Origin: Alphaproteobacteria bacterium | GTDB taxonomy: Bacteria > Pseudomonadota > Alphaproteobacteria > UBA6615 | Length of the DNA: 64,000 nucleotides | Reading direction: 5' to 3' | NCBI GenBank assembly: GCA_022449545.1 | Contig: JAKUPN010000005.1 | Location: 3,897 to 67,896 of the forward strand | Shown: positions 19,213-32,347 of the stretch, in pieces | Numbering within the stretch: the stretch's first letter is position 1 | Layout of the letters: every line of letters starts with the position of its first letter | Program-made: the position numbers and the translations under genes | Notes under the pieces: model-generated | What the model was told of the DNA's origin: nothing | Seen by the model: only the letters and a program-made list of their open reading frames with translations | Databases searched by the model: none

Positions 19213-19710
19213 ATGATGTTTGATGACCAATTACTCTATGATGCCGATCAGATACTCAAACTATGCAAAAAATTCGATATCAAGTTATCTACAGCAGAAT
19301 CTTGTACAGGAGGACTGATTATTTCATGTTTAACAGAAATTTCGGGATCATCAGACGTTATTGATAGAGGGTTTATTACATATTCAAATGAGGCAAAAAT
19401 TGAACTTCTAGGAGTGCCTAATTTACTAATTGCACTTCATGGTGCAGTAAGTGAAGAAGTAGCCATCGCCATGTCAGAAGGCGCATTATCTCGATCAATG
19501 TCTGATATAACGATAGCAGTAACCGGAGTCGCTGGACCAGGAGGTGGTACAGAAGACAAACCAGTTGGGTTGGTACACTTTGCTTGTTCTGGTAGAGGAA
19601 GGACAACCCAGTCTTTGAAACAGATTTTTCCTGGATCACGTTCTGCTATAAGAGATGCTACGGTACAAACCGCTTTTACAGTTATTCGAAAGTTTTTAGA
19701 AGATAATTAA
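19213..19710 (+). CDS. cinA: CinA C-terminal domain protein / NMN amidohydrolase (PncC-like)
   Basis: AESCTGG, GFITYSNEAK, HGAVS and TGVAGPGGG...KPVGLV motifs. Confidence 0.92.
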   Translation: MMFDDQLLYDADQILKLCKKFDIKLSTAESCTGGLIISCLTEISGSSDVIDRGFITYSNEAKIELLGVPNLLIALHGAVSEEVAIAMSEGALSRSMSDITIAVTGVAGPGGGTEDKPVGLVHFACSGRGRTTQSLKQIFPGSRSAIRDATVQTAFTVIRKFLEDN

Positions 19711-19731
19711 ATCGTTGGATTTATAAAATTA

Positions 19732-20202
19732 TCAATCATTATCTCCATACAATTCTTTTGCCCTCACCTCAAACGCGAACACCATTTTCTTAACGGCCTG
19801 GTGAAATAAAGCCCCTATTAATTGTTGGAATAATATTGATTTAAATTCAAATTCAACAAAAAAGTCTAACTCGCAACTTTTCACTTCTATGGGTCTAAAC
19901 TGCCAATGATTATTTAAGTACCTTAGAGGGCCCTTGATATACTCTACTTTTATACTTCCTCCATTTCCACTTTCATCTGGACGCAGTAAACGTACCCTTG
20001 TTCTTATTTTTTCTCGAAAAAACTGAAAACCAATTTCCATATCAGCTATAATTATTTCACTATCAGAGTCTTTTTCAGAGCTAATTCGATTAACTGACAA
20101 GCACCATGGCAAAAACTCTGGATATTTTTCGATATCAGAAACCAGATCGAACAATTGCGACGAGCTATGCGGTAATAATTTGATTTCTTTATGAGAAGGC
20201 AC
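19732..20202 (-). CDS. ratA: RatA/PasT/Coq10 START-domain protein
   Basis: LFDLV.DIEKYPEFLPWC, GP..L.N.W.F and FE.RA..LY motifs; typical position after lipA. Confidence 0.9.
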   Translation of the reverse strand: MPSHKEIKLLPHSSSQLFDLVSDIEKYPEFLPWCLSVNRISSEKDSDSEIIIADMEIGFQFFREKIRTRVRLLRPDESGNGGSIKVEYIKGPLRYLNNHWQFRPIEVKSCELDFFVEFEFKSILFQQLIGALFHQAVKKMVFAFEVRAKELYGDND

Positions 20203-20224
20203 GTATAAATCTATTCTTGGTCGA

Positions 20225-21175
20225 TTAATTCTTCATATCAAGCTGATTTTCCTGACGAGCCATTTTAAGCTTCTTAAAATCTGTATCTGCATGATAACTA
20301 GAACGTGTTAATGGACTAGCTGACACCATCAGAAATCCTTTTCCACGAGCAAGGGAAGCATATGCCTCAAATTCATTTGGAGTAATAAATTTACTAATTG
20401 GTGCATGCTTAGTTGTGGGCTGCAGATACTGACCTATAGTCAAAAAGTCCACATTAGCAGAACGTAAATCATCCATAACCTGTAATATCTCTTCACGTGT
20501 TTCACCAATACCAACCATCAGGCCTGATTTTGTGAAAATATTAGGATCAATTATCTTTATATCACTAAGCAACTTCAAACTAGTAAAATATCGAGCTCCA
20601 GGTCTAATTGTAGGGTAAAGCCTTGGTACAGTTTCTAGGTTATGATTAAAAACATCAGGTGGATCCAATTTAAGAATATTTATAGCGTCTGGTTTATTCT
20701 TAAAATCTGGCGTTAAAATCTCTATTGTCGTATTTGGACATGATGTGCGTATTGCTCTTATTACTTTCGCAAAATGTTGTGCACCACCATCTTCAAGATC
20801 ATCTCGATCAACAGATGTGATTACAACGTGTTGGAGTTCTAAAGACATTACAGAAATTGCTACATTACCTGGCTCATTTATATCAAGTGGCTTTGGAATT
20901 CCAGTTTTCACATTACAAAAAGAACAAGCCCTGGTACAGGTGTCACCCATTATCATGAAAGTAGCATGTTTGTTTTCCCAGCACTCACCTATGTTTGGAC
21001 AAGACGCCTCCTCACAGACAGTTTTAAGATTCAGCTTTTTTATTAAGTTTTTAGTCTCAGTGTATGTTTTACCTATAGGCGCTTTTACCCTAATCCATTC
21101 AGGTTTACGAAGTATTGGGTTACTTGCCTTATTACGTTTTTCGGGGTGCCTTAGGATTGTTCTATCTTCGACCAA
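20225..21175 (-). CDS. lipA: Lipoyl synthase
   Basis: [22 protein letters not shown] and RSSYHA motifs. Confidence 0.98.
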   Translation of the reverse strand: MVEDRTILRHPEKRNKASNPILRKPEWIRVKAPIGKTYTETKNLIKKLNLKTVCEEASCPNIGECWENKHATFMIMGDTCTRACSFCNVKTGIPKPLDINEPGNVAISVMSLELQHVVITSVDRDDLEDGGAQHFAKVIRAIRTSCPNTTIEILTPDFKNKPDAINILKLDPPDVFNHNLETVPRLYPTIRPGARYFTSLKLLSDIKIIDPNIFTKSGLMVGIGETREEILQVMDDLRSANVDFLTIGQYLQPTTKHAPISKFITPNEFEAYASLARGKGFLMVSASPLTRSSYHADTDFKKLKMARQENQLDMKN

Positions 21176-21187
21176 TTTTTTATCCTA

Positions 21188-22600
21188 CTAAATGTGGATG
21201 CCTCTATTATAGGCATCAAGAACAGATTCATACATTGATTCACTAAGTGTGGGGTGAGGAAACACTGTATGTATTAGTTCTTCTTCTGTTGTTTCCAGTG
21301 CTTTAGCGATACCATAACCTTGTATTAATTCAGTTACTTCATTCCCTATCATATGAGCTCCTAATAATTCACCTGATTTAACATCAAATATAGTCTTCAC
21401 CATTCCCTCGGATTCCCCAAGTGCTAGAGCTTTACCATTTGCTTTAAAAGGAAATCGACCGACCTTAATTTCATACCCTAACTCATTTGCCTTATTTTCT
21501 GTCAAGCCAATAGAAGCAATCTGTGGTATTGAGTATGTACAGCTAGGTATCTGCGTTACATCTAGTGGTAATAAACCATCTATACCTGCAATTTTTTCAA
21601 CGGCTATTACCCCCTCATGCTCCGCCTTGTGTGCGAGCCATGGGGGTCCAACCAGATCTCCAATTGCCCAAATACCTTTTTCTTTCGTCTGACACCATTC
21701 ATCTGTAACAACATGAGACTTTTCTACTTCTACATTGGTTTCTTCTAGTCCTAGGCCTTCTACATTTCCAACAATGCCGATCGCAACAATAGCTCGATCA
21801 AATTTTTGGTTGTTTTTAATTCCATTTATTTCAATCTCTAAATCAACTCTCTTTTTATCTGTATTCAGGCCTTTAATATTGGCATTAGTATGTATCTCTA
21901 TCCCTTGTTTTTCCAACAAACTACGAGCCATTTCGGATATTTCAGAATCTTCCTGAGGCAATATCCGATCTAGGATCTCTACAACAGTAACCTTTGAGCC
22001 CAATGTGCTATAAAATGATGCAAACTCAATCCCGATCGCTCCTGATCCAATGACAAGAAGAGATTTAGGTAAGAGTTTAGGAGTCATTGCTTCTCGATAA
22101 GTCCATATTAAATTCCCATCTGCATGACAATCAGGCAATTGACGAGCTCTTGCCCCCGTTGCCAATATTATATTATTGGATTTCAATAACCTTTGCCCCT
22201 CAGACTTTCCCTCAACTAAAACTCCTATACTACCGTCAGATTCTTTTTCAATTTTTGCCCAACCTTTAATTATTTCTACCTTATTCTTTTTCAGTAAATA
22301 GTTTACACCTTGGTTTAGTTGTTTAGATATTTCACGAGATCTTTCAATGACTCTTTTAATATCAACCTTTACCTCTGAGACAGACAACCCAAATTGATCA
22401 GCGTTTTTTATATTTTTATATATTTCTGCAGTTCTCAGCAGAGCCTTAGTTGGTATACATCCCCAATTAAGACAAACACCCCCAAGCTCATCTGCTTCAA
22501 CTATTACCGTTTTCAAACCCAATTGAGCTGAACGGATAGCAGCAACGTACCCACCAGGACCAGCTCCAACGACCACTATATCAAATTCACTACTTATCAA
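21188..22600 (-). CDS. lpdA: Dihydrolipoamide dehydrogenase (E3)
   Basis: GAGPGGY, GGVCLNWGCIPTK and HPTLSE motifs. Confidence 0.97.
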   Translation of the reverse strand: MISSEFDIVVVGAGPGGYVAAIRSAQLGLKTVIVEADELGGVCLNWGCIPTKALLRTAEIYKNIKNADQFGLSVSEVKVDIKRVIERSREISKQLNQGVNYLLKKNKVEIIKGWAKIEKESDGSIGVLVEGKSEGQRLLKSNNIILATGARARQLPDCHADGNLIWTYREAMTPKLLPKSLLVIGSGAIGIEFASFYSTLGSKVTVVEILDRILPQEDSEISEMARSLLEKQGIEIHTNANIKGLNTDKKRVDLEIEINGIKNNQKFDRAIVAIGIVGNVEGLGLEETNVEVEKSHVVTDEWCQTKEKGIWAIGDLVGPPWLAHKAEHEGVIAVEKIAGIDGLLPLDVTQIPSCTYSIPQIASIGLTENKANELGYEIKVGRFPFKANGKALALGESEGMVKTIFDVKSGELLGAHMIGNEVTELIQGYGIAKALETTEEELIHTVFPHPTLSESMYESVLDAYNRGIHI

Positions 22601-22627
22601 TTTACTTATCCTCGAGAATTAATTTCT

Positions 22628-23899
22628 TTAAAGTAACATCCCCATTGGGTTCTCAATAAGTGATTTTAGTGTTTCTAAAAACTGTGCTCCAACAGCACCA
22701 TCTATAGCCCTATGATCTAATGACATTGTACAGGTAATTACTGTTGCCACATCTAAAACGTTATTTTTAACTACGGGACGTTTTTCAGCAGCTCCTATTG
22801 CAACAATGCCACCCTGAGGGGGATTTATAACAGCGTTAAATTCCTTTACTCCAAACATACCCAAGTTAGAAATTGTGAAAGAACCCCCGTTATACTCTTC
22901 AGGAGTAAGCTGACCATTTCTTGCTTTATTAATGAGCAACTTGGTTTCTTCAGAAATCATCCGAAGACCTTTTTCATTGGCATCTCTTATAACGGGAGTG
23001 ATTAACCCATTATCCAAGGCAACTGCTATAGAAATATCTACTGTTTTATAGAGTTTAATTCCATCCCCATCCCAGGATACATTAGCGTTGGGAACCTCCA
23101 TTAATGCCACAGCACACGCCTTAATCATCATATCATTAATAGAAATTTTGTACGCCTCATTATTAGAACGAGCATTCAATTGATCTCTGACGGTGATTAA
23201 CTCATCTATCAAGCAGTCTGCCTTCAGATAAAAGTGTGGAACATCCCTTTTGGATTCAGTTAATCTCTTAGCTATAGTTTTCCGCATATTATCTGCAGGA
23301 ACATAATCATAGCTGTCCTCATCTACATTAGACTTAAAAGACAAATTTCTATTAGAAAAAGCTTCAATATCGGATTTAATTATACGTCCATTAGGGCCAG
23401 TCCCTCTAATTAACGACAAGTCTAATGATTGTTTTTCTGCCAGACGACGAGCTAAAGGACTAACAAATACCCTACCTTCATCAACAACAGGTAAGTTTGT
23501 TTCCCCTTCTCCATTAGCTAAATAAGATTCATCCTCAGCTAACCCAGCATTTACGACCTCTTTTGATTTTTCTTCATGTTCAACACCCGTATTCACGTTA
23601 GTAGTTTTCATGGATATCTCTGGTGTTTTAAAGTTTTCAAGTGTTTCCTCGTCTTCGCCTTCCTCTATTATAATCGCAATTGGTGAATTAACTGGAATTT
23701 CGTCACTACCTTCTGGGACTAAAATTTTTCCTAATTTTCCTTCATCGATAGCTTCAATTTCCATTGTTGCTTTGTCTGTTTCGATCTCTGCGATAATGTC
23801 ACCAGGTGACACATTTTCACCTTCTTTTTTTAACCATTTGGCTAAACTACCCTCAGTCATAGTTGGTGACAGTGATGGCATTAAAATAGTTATAGGCAT
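22628..23899 (-). CDS. pdhC: Pyruvate dehydrogenase E2 dihydrolipoamide acetyltransferase
   Basis: Lipoyl domain ETDKATME, E3-binding SPLARRLA..GTGPNGRI, catalytic DHRAIDG. Confidence 0.96.
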   Translation of the reverse strand: MPITILMPSLSPTMTEGSLAKWLKKEGENVSPGDIIAEIETDKATMEIEAIDEGKLGKILVPEGSDEIPVNSPIAIIIEEGEDEETLENFKTPEISMKTTNVNTGVEHEEKSKEVVNAGLAEDESYLANGEGETNLPVVDEGRVFVSPLARRLAEKQSLDLSLIRGTGPNGRIIKSDIEAFSNRNLSFKSNVDEDSYDYVPADNMRKTIAKRLTESKRDVPHFYLKADCLIDELITVRDQLNARSNNEAYKISINDMMIKACAVALMEVPNANVSWDGDGIKLYKTVDISIAVALDNGLITPVIRDANEKGLRMISEETKLLINKARNGQLTPEEYNGGSFTISNLGMFGVKEFNAVINPPQGGIVAIGAAEKRPVVKNNVLDVATVITCTMSLDHRAIDGAVGAQFLETLKSLIENPMGMLL

Positions 23900-23924
23900 A
23901 CTCTTATCCTCGAGAACAAATTAA

Positions 23925-25304
23925 CTACCCAATATAAGTAGACTTTTTTACAGCTGAAATTATTTGATTCACCTGTGGAATCGCCAATTTTTCTAAATTG
24001 GCCGCGTATGGCATTGGAACATCAGCTCCATGAACCCTCAATACAGGAGCATCTAACCAGTCAAAGGCTTGGTCCATTACTAAAGCCGAAATTTCTGATC
24101 CAATCCCCGCGTATGGCCAACCTTCTTCTACCGTAACTAGTCGATTAGTTTTCTTTACGGAATTAATAATACAATCCGCATCTAAGGGACGAAGAGTTCT
24201 TAAATCAATAACTTCTGCAGATATACCTTCTTTTTGGAGCTGGCCTGAAGCCTCAAGGCATCGTTCAACCATAATAGAAAATGCGGTTATGGTTACATCA
24301 GTTCCTTCTTTTAAAACTTTTGCCTTCCCAATTGGTACAGTAAAATTATCTGAAACAGGAATATCAAATGACTGCCCATATAAAAGTTCATTTTCAAGAA
24401 AAACAATAGGGTTAGGATCTCTAATAGCTGTCTTTAGCAGACCTTTTGCATCAGCTCCTGAATAAGGAGCCACGACTTTTAAACCAGGACAATGGGAATA
24501 CCAACTGGCAAAGCACTGAGAATGCTGTGCTGCGACCCTAGATGCTGCTCCATTAGGGCCACGAAAAACAATAGGAGTTTTCATTTGCCCTCCAGACATA
24601 TAAAGAGTTTTAGCAGCCGAATTAATTATTTGGTCAATAGCCTGCATAGCAAAATTAAAAGTCATAAATTCGATAATAGGGACCAACCCCTTTAAAGCAG
24701 CTCCAATACCTATCCCAGCAAAACCCTGTTCAGTGATAGGTGTATCAATTACTCGTTGATCCCCAAATTCATCCAGTAACCCCTGACTTACTTTATAGGC
24801 ACCTTGATATTGACCGACCTCTTCACCCATCAAAAAAACAGATTTTTCTCTTCGCATTTCTTCTGCCATTGCATCTCTTAGTGCCTCTCTCACTGTCTGT
24901 TTTTTTGTTTCTTTATCGTTATTATCCTCATTTATTAACGACCTCACTTCCGAAGACTCAGCGATAGTGTTAGGTGCGTTTTCTGTGTTTTGTGATGTAT
25001 CCGCTTGAATTTGCTCTTTAAGTATAGAGCTCGATAACAACTCTGCGTCATCAAGATTTTCTCCTTCTTCGAGAATAACCGCTAACATGGTATTAACTTT
25101 GACACTCTCTGTTCCAGCAGAAACTAATATTTTCCCGATTATTCCCTTATCAGTTGATTCTATTTCCATAGTTGCCTTATCAGTTTCTATCTCTGCAAGG
25201 ACTTCTCCCGGCTCTACATCATCTCCTTCAGATTTAAACCACTTAACAAGATTACCTTCAGTCATAGTGGGAGAAAGAGTTGGCATTACTACGAATATAC
25301 TCAT
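23925..25304 (-). CDS. pdhB: Pyruvate dehydrogenase E1 beta with N-terminal lipoyl domain
   Basis: ETDKATME lipoyl domain plus [18 protein letters not shown] and AAQHSQ motifs. Confidence 0.97.
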   Translation of the reverse strand: MSIFVVMPTLSPTMTEGNLVKWFKSEGDDVEPGEVLAEIETDKATMEIESTDKGIIGKILVSAGTESVKVNTMLAVILEEGENLDDAELLSSSILKEQIQADTSQNTENAPNTIAESSEVRSLINEDNNDKETKKQTVREALRDAMAEEMRREKSVFLMGEEVGQYQGAYKVSQGLLDEFGDQRVIDTPITEQGFAGIGIGAALKGLVPIIEFMTFNFAMQAIDQIINSAAKTLYMSGGQMKTPIVFRGPNGAASRVAAQHSQCFASWYSHCPGLKVVAPYSGADAKGLLKTAIRDPNPIVFLENELLYGQSFDIPVSDNFTVPIGKAKVLKEGTDVTITAFSIMVERCLEASGQLQKEGISAEVIDLRTLRPLDADCIINSVKKTNRLVTVEEGWPYAGIGSEISALVMDQAFDWLDAPVLRVHGADVPMPYAANLEKLAIPQVNQIISAVKKSTYIG

Positions 25305-25352
25305 GAATTTAACCCTTAATTCACTTTTGATCTTTGAATAACACTAAAATAT

Positions 25353-26399
25353 TCATTCAGACAAAACATCGGTATATAGTTCCGAAGGACTAGGCTCTGG
25401 ACTTTCTTGAGCAAAATCAGCTGCTTCATTAATCATTTCACGAATTTCTTTATCATAATCTTTAAGGTTTGACTCTGTGTCATAACCATTCTTAACCAAA
25501 ATTAGTTTAAGACTATCTAATGGATCTTTCTCGGTGCGTATTTTTTGAACCTCTGTTTTAGACCTATAGGCTGCAGGGTCAGACATAGAGTGACCACGAT
25601 ATCTATAAGTTTGCATCTCAAGAATATAAGGCCCTCCTCCTGATCTAACATAATCCAATGCAGTCACAGCAGCATTATTAACAGCACAAACATCCATCCC
25701 ATCTAACTGCTCGCCTGGAATCTCATAGGCTTGACCTCTTTGCCATAATTCTTTTCCTGCTGAAGCTCTTTCTACTGATGTACCCATACCATATCGATTA
25801 TTCTCGATGACATATATAACGGGCAGTTTCCATAAAGCAGCCATATTAAAAGCTTCATAAACTTGTCCTTGGTTCACAGCGCCGTCACCGAAGTAAGTAA
25901 GGCATACACCATTATCTTTCTGATATTTATGGGCAAAAGCTATGCCTGTTCCAAGCGGAACATTAGCGCCAACGATACCATGCCCACCATAAAAGTTTTT
26001 TTCTGCGGAGAACATATGCATGGAACCACCTTTTCCAGCAGAATAGCCACCTGCTCTACCCGTGAGTTCAGCCATAACTCCCCGGGGTTCCATACCACAT
26101 GCCAGCATATGGCCATGATCTCTGTAGGTGGTTATTACAGTGTCTTGCGATTTAAGGGCTGCTTGAATACCTGTCACTACTGCTTCTTGGCCAATATATA
26201 GATGACAAAACCCACCTATCAAACCCAAGCCATACATTTGTCCGGCTTTCTCTTCAAATCGCCGAATTTTGAGCATGTCTTTATAAAATTTTATAAGCTC
26301 ATCCGGACTATGTGTTTTAACAATACTAGACTTTCGTCTCCTAGCTCTAGTGGGACGCTTTGTATTCTTTACGCTTGAACTTTTTGTCGATGACGACAT
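25353..26399 (-). CDS. pdhA: Pyruvate dehydrogenase E1 alpha
   Basis: GFCHLYIGQEA, GKGGSMHM, GDGAVNQGQ..NN and YRYRGHSMSD motifs. Confidence 0.97.
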   Translation of the reverse strand: MSSSTKSSSVKNTKRPTRARRRKSSIVKTHSPDELIKFYKDMLKIRRFEEKAGQMYGLGLIGGFCHLYIGQEAVVTGIQAALKSQDTVITTYRDHGHMLACGMEPRGVMAELTGRAGGYSAGKGGSMHMFSAEKNFYGGHGIVGANVPLGTGIAFAHKYQKDNGVCLTYFGDGAVNQGQVYEAFNMAALWKLPVIYVIENNRYGMGTSVERASAGKELWQRGQAYEIPGEQLDGMDVCAVNNAAVTALDYVRSGGGPYILEMQTYRYRGHSMSDPAAYRSKTEVQKIRTEKDPLDSLKLILVKNGYDTESNLKDYDKEIREMINEAADFAQESPEPSPSELYTDVLSE

Positions 26400-26636
26400 C
26401 AAAGCTCTCCCTTAACAAAAACCACTGATAATGATCAGAAGTAGGGTAACTATGACAAATCAGCAAGCTAAAATTAAGAAAAACCCAATAAAAACTGATA
26501 AATAGAAATAATTAACCTATTCTCGGTTAATCGTATATTTCAACACGAAACATAAGTTCAAAGATACGGTTAAGTTCATAGCGAATATTTCACTACCAAA
26601 TTTTAAATATATCAATAAAAAAAGAATTTCGAGAGA

Positions 26637-26954
26637 TTATTTATCAGAATATAGAATCACAGCATCACTAGAATGGCCATAATTCAACATCGAACGAATC
26701 CTCTCATCAAGCATATCCAGATCCAGATTATCCCTACTCATGAGCGATACTTTCTCCTGCCATAGAGAATAATTATCTTTAGTCTCATCAAGAAATTCCT
26801 GCGCATTTGCTACTTTATATTTAAGTTCTAACAACGCTATTATACCATGATTGCCTTGAAACATATGGTATGAAAAATAGGCAAGAACCAAGGCTCCAAA
26901 AATAGTAATCCACAGATGGTGAGCCCTTGCTCTTATATCATCAAATATTGACAT
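26637..26954 (-). CDS. ftsB: Septum formation initiator (FtsB/DivIC family)
   Basis: Single TM with YF.YH..G.HG, a coiled coil and LDLDMLDER; downstream of eno. Confidence 0.88.
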   Translation of the reverse strand: MSIFDDIRARAHHLWITIFGALVLAYFSYHMFQGNHGIIALLELKYKVANAQEFLDETKDNYSLWQEKVSLMSRDNLDLDMLDERIRSMLNYGHSSDAVILYSDK

Positions 26955-27015
26955 AAAGACATGGCATCATAATGCGTTTCGCGTCGTCAAGTATTAAATC
27001 TCAAATAACAAAGAA

Positions 27016-28296
<1,281 letters not shown>

Positions 28297-28318
28297 TCAT
28301 ATTACCCTAATCAAAACT

Positions 28319-29175
28319 TTATTTTTGATTGATATCAATAAGATTTCTTTTTGCTACATCATCAATCTCAATAAGTGTTTCAATAATTCCTGGCAGTTCT
28401 TTCAATCTCACCATATTAGGTCCATCACTGGGAGCCTTATCAGGATCTTCATGTGTCTCGAGAAAAACAGCAGCTACACCCACAGCTACCGCAGCTCTAG
28501 CTAACACTGGGGCAAATTCTCTCTGGCCTCCGCTAGTTCTTCCCTGTCCTCCTGGTTGTTGTACAGAATGAGTAGCGTCGAAAACGATAGGACAATTAGT
28601 TTGATTAGCCATAATAGGAATAGATCTCATATCAGATACGAGAGTATTGTAACCAAAACTCGAACCCCGCTCACACACTAAAATATTTTCATTACCAGAT
28701 TCTGTTGCCTTCGAAACAACATTTACCATATCCCAAGGAGCAAGAAATTGACCTTTTTTTATGTTAAGAACACAACCAGTATTAGCGGCGGCAACAATAA
28801 GGTCTGTTTGTCGACACAAAAAAGCGGGTATTTGTATAACATCAACTATATCAGACAATTCTATGCAGTGGTCAGTTTCATGAACATCAGTCATTACAGG
28901 CAGACCTGTTTTTTCACGGATCTCAGAAAAAATCGGAATGCATTGCTCAATACCAAGTCCTCTAGCCCCGTTTAATGATGTTCTATTCGCTTTATCAAAG
29001 CTACTTTTATATACAATTTCGACACCACATTTTTTACTTATTTCTAATAAGGCAGAACTAGTTTCAAGTGCATGGGATCGGGATTCAACCTGGCACGGAC
29101 CCGCAATTATCTTTAAAGGCAAATCATTACCTAAAACATAATTACCAATTTTTACTCGCTTATGATTAGTCATCA

Positions 29176-29176
<1 letters not shown>
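28319..29176 (-). CDS. kdsA: KDO 8-phosphate synthase
   Basis: IAGPC, FDKANRTS, QIPAFLCRQTD, DATHSVQ and PSDG motifs. Confidence 0.97.
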
Positions 29177-30852
<1,676 letters not shown>

Positions 30853-30918
30853 TCAGTGGAAAATGCATGTAGAGCAGTTTTTATCTCAATAGACAAACCA
30901 TAAAGTGTTGAAAATCTA

Positions 30919-31245
30919 TTATTCACCAGTAGGAACTGTAGGCTTCTCTGACTTAACAGGATTTTGGCTAGTTAAAGGAGGAGTTTGTTCAGTAATAGAT
31001 TTGGAGCTATTCCCACCTCCAGCCAGAATTGCTAAGCCAATACTAGTCAAGAAAAACGTTCCTGCCAAAATTCCTGTTGCCCTAGTTAATAGATTCGCTG
31101 CAGCTCGACCACCGAGCAAACTACCCATACTGCCGCCGCTAGAACCACCCAAACCCCCAAGACCCCCCTCAGACTTTTGCATGAGGACAACCCCGACTAA
31201 CGCCAGTGCAATGAGAAGATGGGCTACTAATATTATTGTTTCCAT
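30919..31245 (-). CDS. secG: Preprotein translocase subunit SecG
   Basis: Two TM helices, LMQKSEGGLG and NLLTRAT; tpiA-secG-pyrG synteny. Confidence 0.94.
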   Translation of the reverse strand: METIILVAHLLIALALVGVVLMQKSEGGLGGLGGSSGGSMGSLLGGRAAANLLTRATGILAGTFFLTSIGLAILAGGGNSSKSITEQTPPLTSQNPVKSEKPTVPTGE

Positions 31246-31349
31246 GTTTTATGTTTTACCGCTCATTAGAGTGATTTCCAAGCTATTAAAACATCATCTC
31301 GTGCTATTTAATGGTTTCTGGCCAGTAATTCTAGTGCCTAAACAAAATC

Positions 31350-32120
31350 TTATTCACTTGCTATATCTATTATTTTACAAAATTCATCTTCAATAAGACT
31401 TGCCCCACCTATCAAGCCTCCATCCACATTGTCTATATTCAGTATAGATAAAGCATTTTTAGCGTTCATCGAGCCTCCGTAAAGAAGCCTTAACCTCGAA
31501 GCTTCAGGCCCAATCTCTTTGATCAGAAAATTACGCAATTGTCCGTGAACTTCAGTAATTTCAGTGAGAGTTGGTGTTTTTCCAGTCCCTATTGCCCATA
31601 CTGGTTCGTAGGCAAATATAGTATTTGAAGACTTTATTTTATCTTTTGCTTCGGGAAGTGATCCATTTATTTGTGACTCCAGAATGTTAAGTGTTTCTCC
31701 ATTTTCTTTTTGAATATCAGTCTCACCAACACAAATAATAGTGATTAATGATTCTTTATGGGCAGCTTTTACTTTCGCGCGAACAACATTATCAGTTTCG
31801 AACAAACCATGACGCCTTTCAGAATGTCCAAGTAATACATAGGAAGCTCCAACATCAACCAACATTTTTGCACTAATTTCTCCTGTAAAAGCGCCCTTTT
31901 CTTCAAAATGGCAATCTTGTGCTCCAATCATAATAGGTGAATTTACAAGTTGCTTTGAAATCATCTGTAGAAGATTAGCGCTCGGACAAATCAATAAGTC
32001 ACACTTGTTGTTTATGATCGATTTTGAATGATTATCAATAGCCTGCACTAGCTGCTCAGCTCTGGCAGCAAGATTATTCATTTTCCAATTTCCAGCAATT
32101 AATCTTCTCATATTTTCCAT
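31350..32120 (-). CDS. tpiA: Triosephosphate isomerase
   Basis: AGNWKMN, GAFTGE, GHSERR, AYEPVWAIGTG and YGGS motifs; ATG at 32120 preferred over GTG at 32129. Confidence 0.97.
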   Translation of the reverse strand: MENMRRLIAGNWKMNNLAARAEQLVQAIDNHSKSIINNKCDLLICPSANLLQMISKQLVNSPIMIGAQDCHFEEKGAFTGEISAKMLVDVGASYVLLGHSERRHGLFETDNVVRAKVKAAHKESLITIICVGETDIQKENGETLNILESQINGSLPEAKDKIKSSNTIFAYEPVWAIGTGKTPTLTEITEVHGQLRNFLIKEIGPEASRLRLLYGGSMNAKNALSILNIDNVDGGLIGGASLIEDEFCKIIDIASE

Positions 32121-32237
32121 TAGTACCACCAGTTTTTAAAACGAAACTAAAGATTTAACTGTTTATTTCTATAATTTATTAACAAGATCTTTAAGATAAG
32201 AGTTTGTATTACCTAAAATTATAAGCTAGTTGACTGC

Positions 32238-32266
32238 TTGCCCGCTTCTTTAGGCGGCACTATTAT
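32238..32266 (+). promoter_or_regulatory. Putative sigma70 promoter of ppiD-trpE
   Basis: TTGCCC-N17-TATTAT followed by GC-rich GCGCC in the divergent tpiA/ppiD spacer. Confidence 0.5.
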
Positions 32267-32347
32267 GCGCCAAACAATAATTTATACAATTCTATTAAGC
32301 ATAAAACCTAACATAACTAAAAAAGGCCGATAGAAGGAAAAATTAAA

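Noticed and set aside
19732..20202. RatA as a toxin-antitoxin toxin
   Set aside because: No antitoxin is adjacent; this position next to lipA is conserved, and the family is better explained as a Coq10-like ubiquinone-binding protein.
23760..25304. Repeated lipoyl-domain sequence at the starts of pdhB and pdhC
   Set aside because: A lipoyl domain on E1-beta is standard in many alphaproteobacteria; this is not a mobile repeat.
30905..31396. 163-aa plus-strand ORF antisense to secG
   Set aside because: A shadow ORF: its Pro-rich stretch mirrors the Gly-rich SecG loop, and no domain is recognisable.
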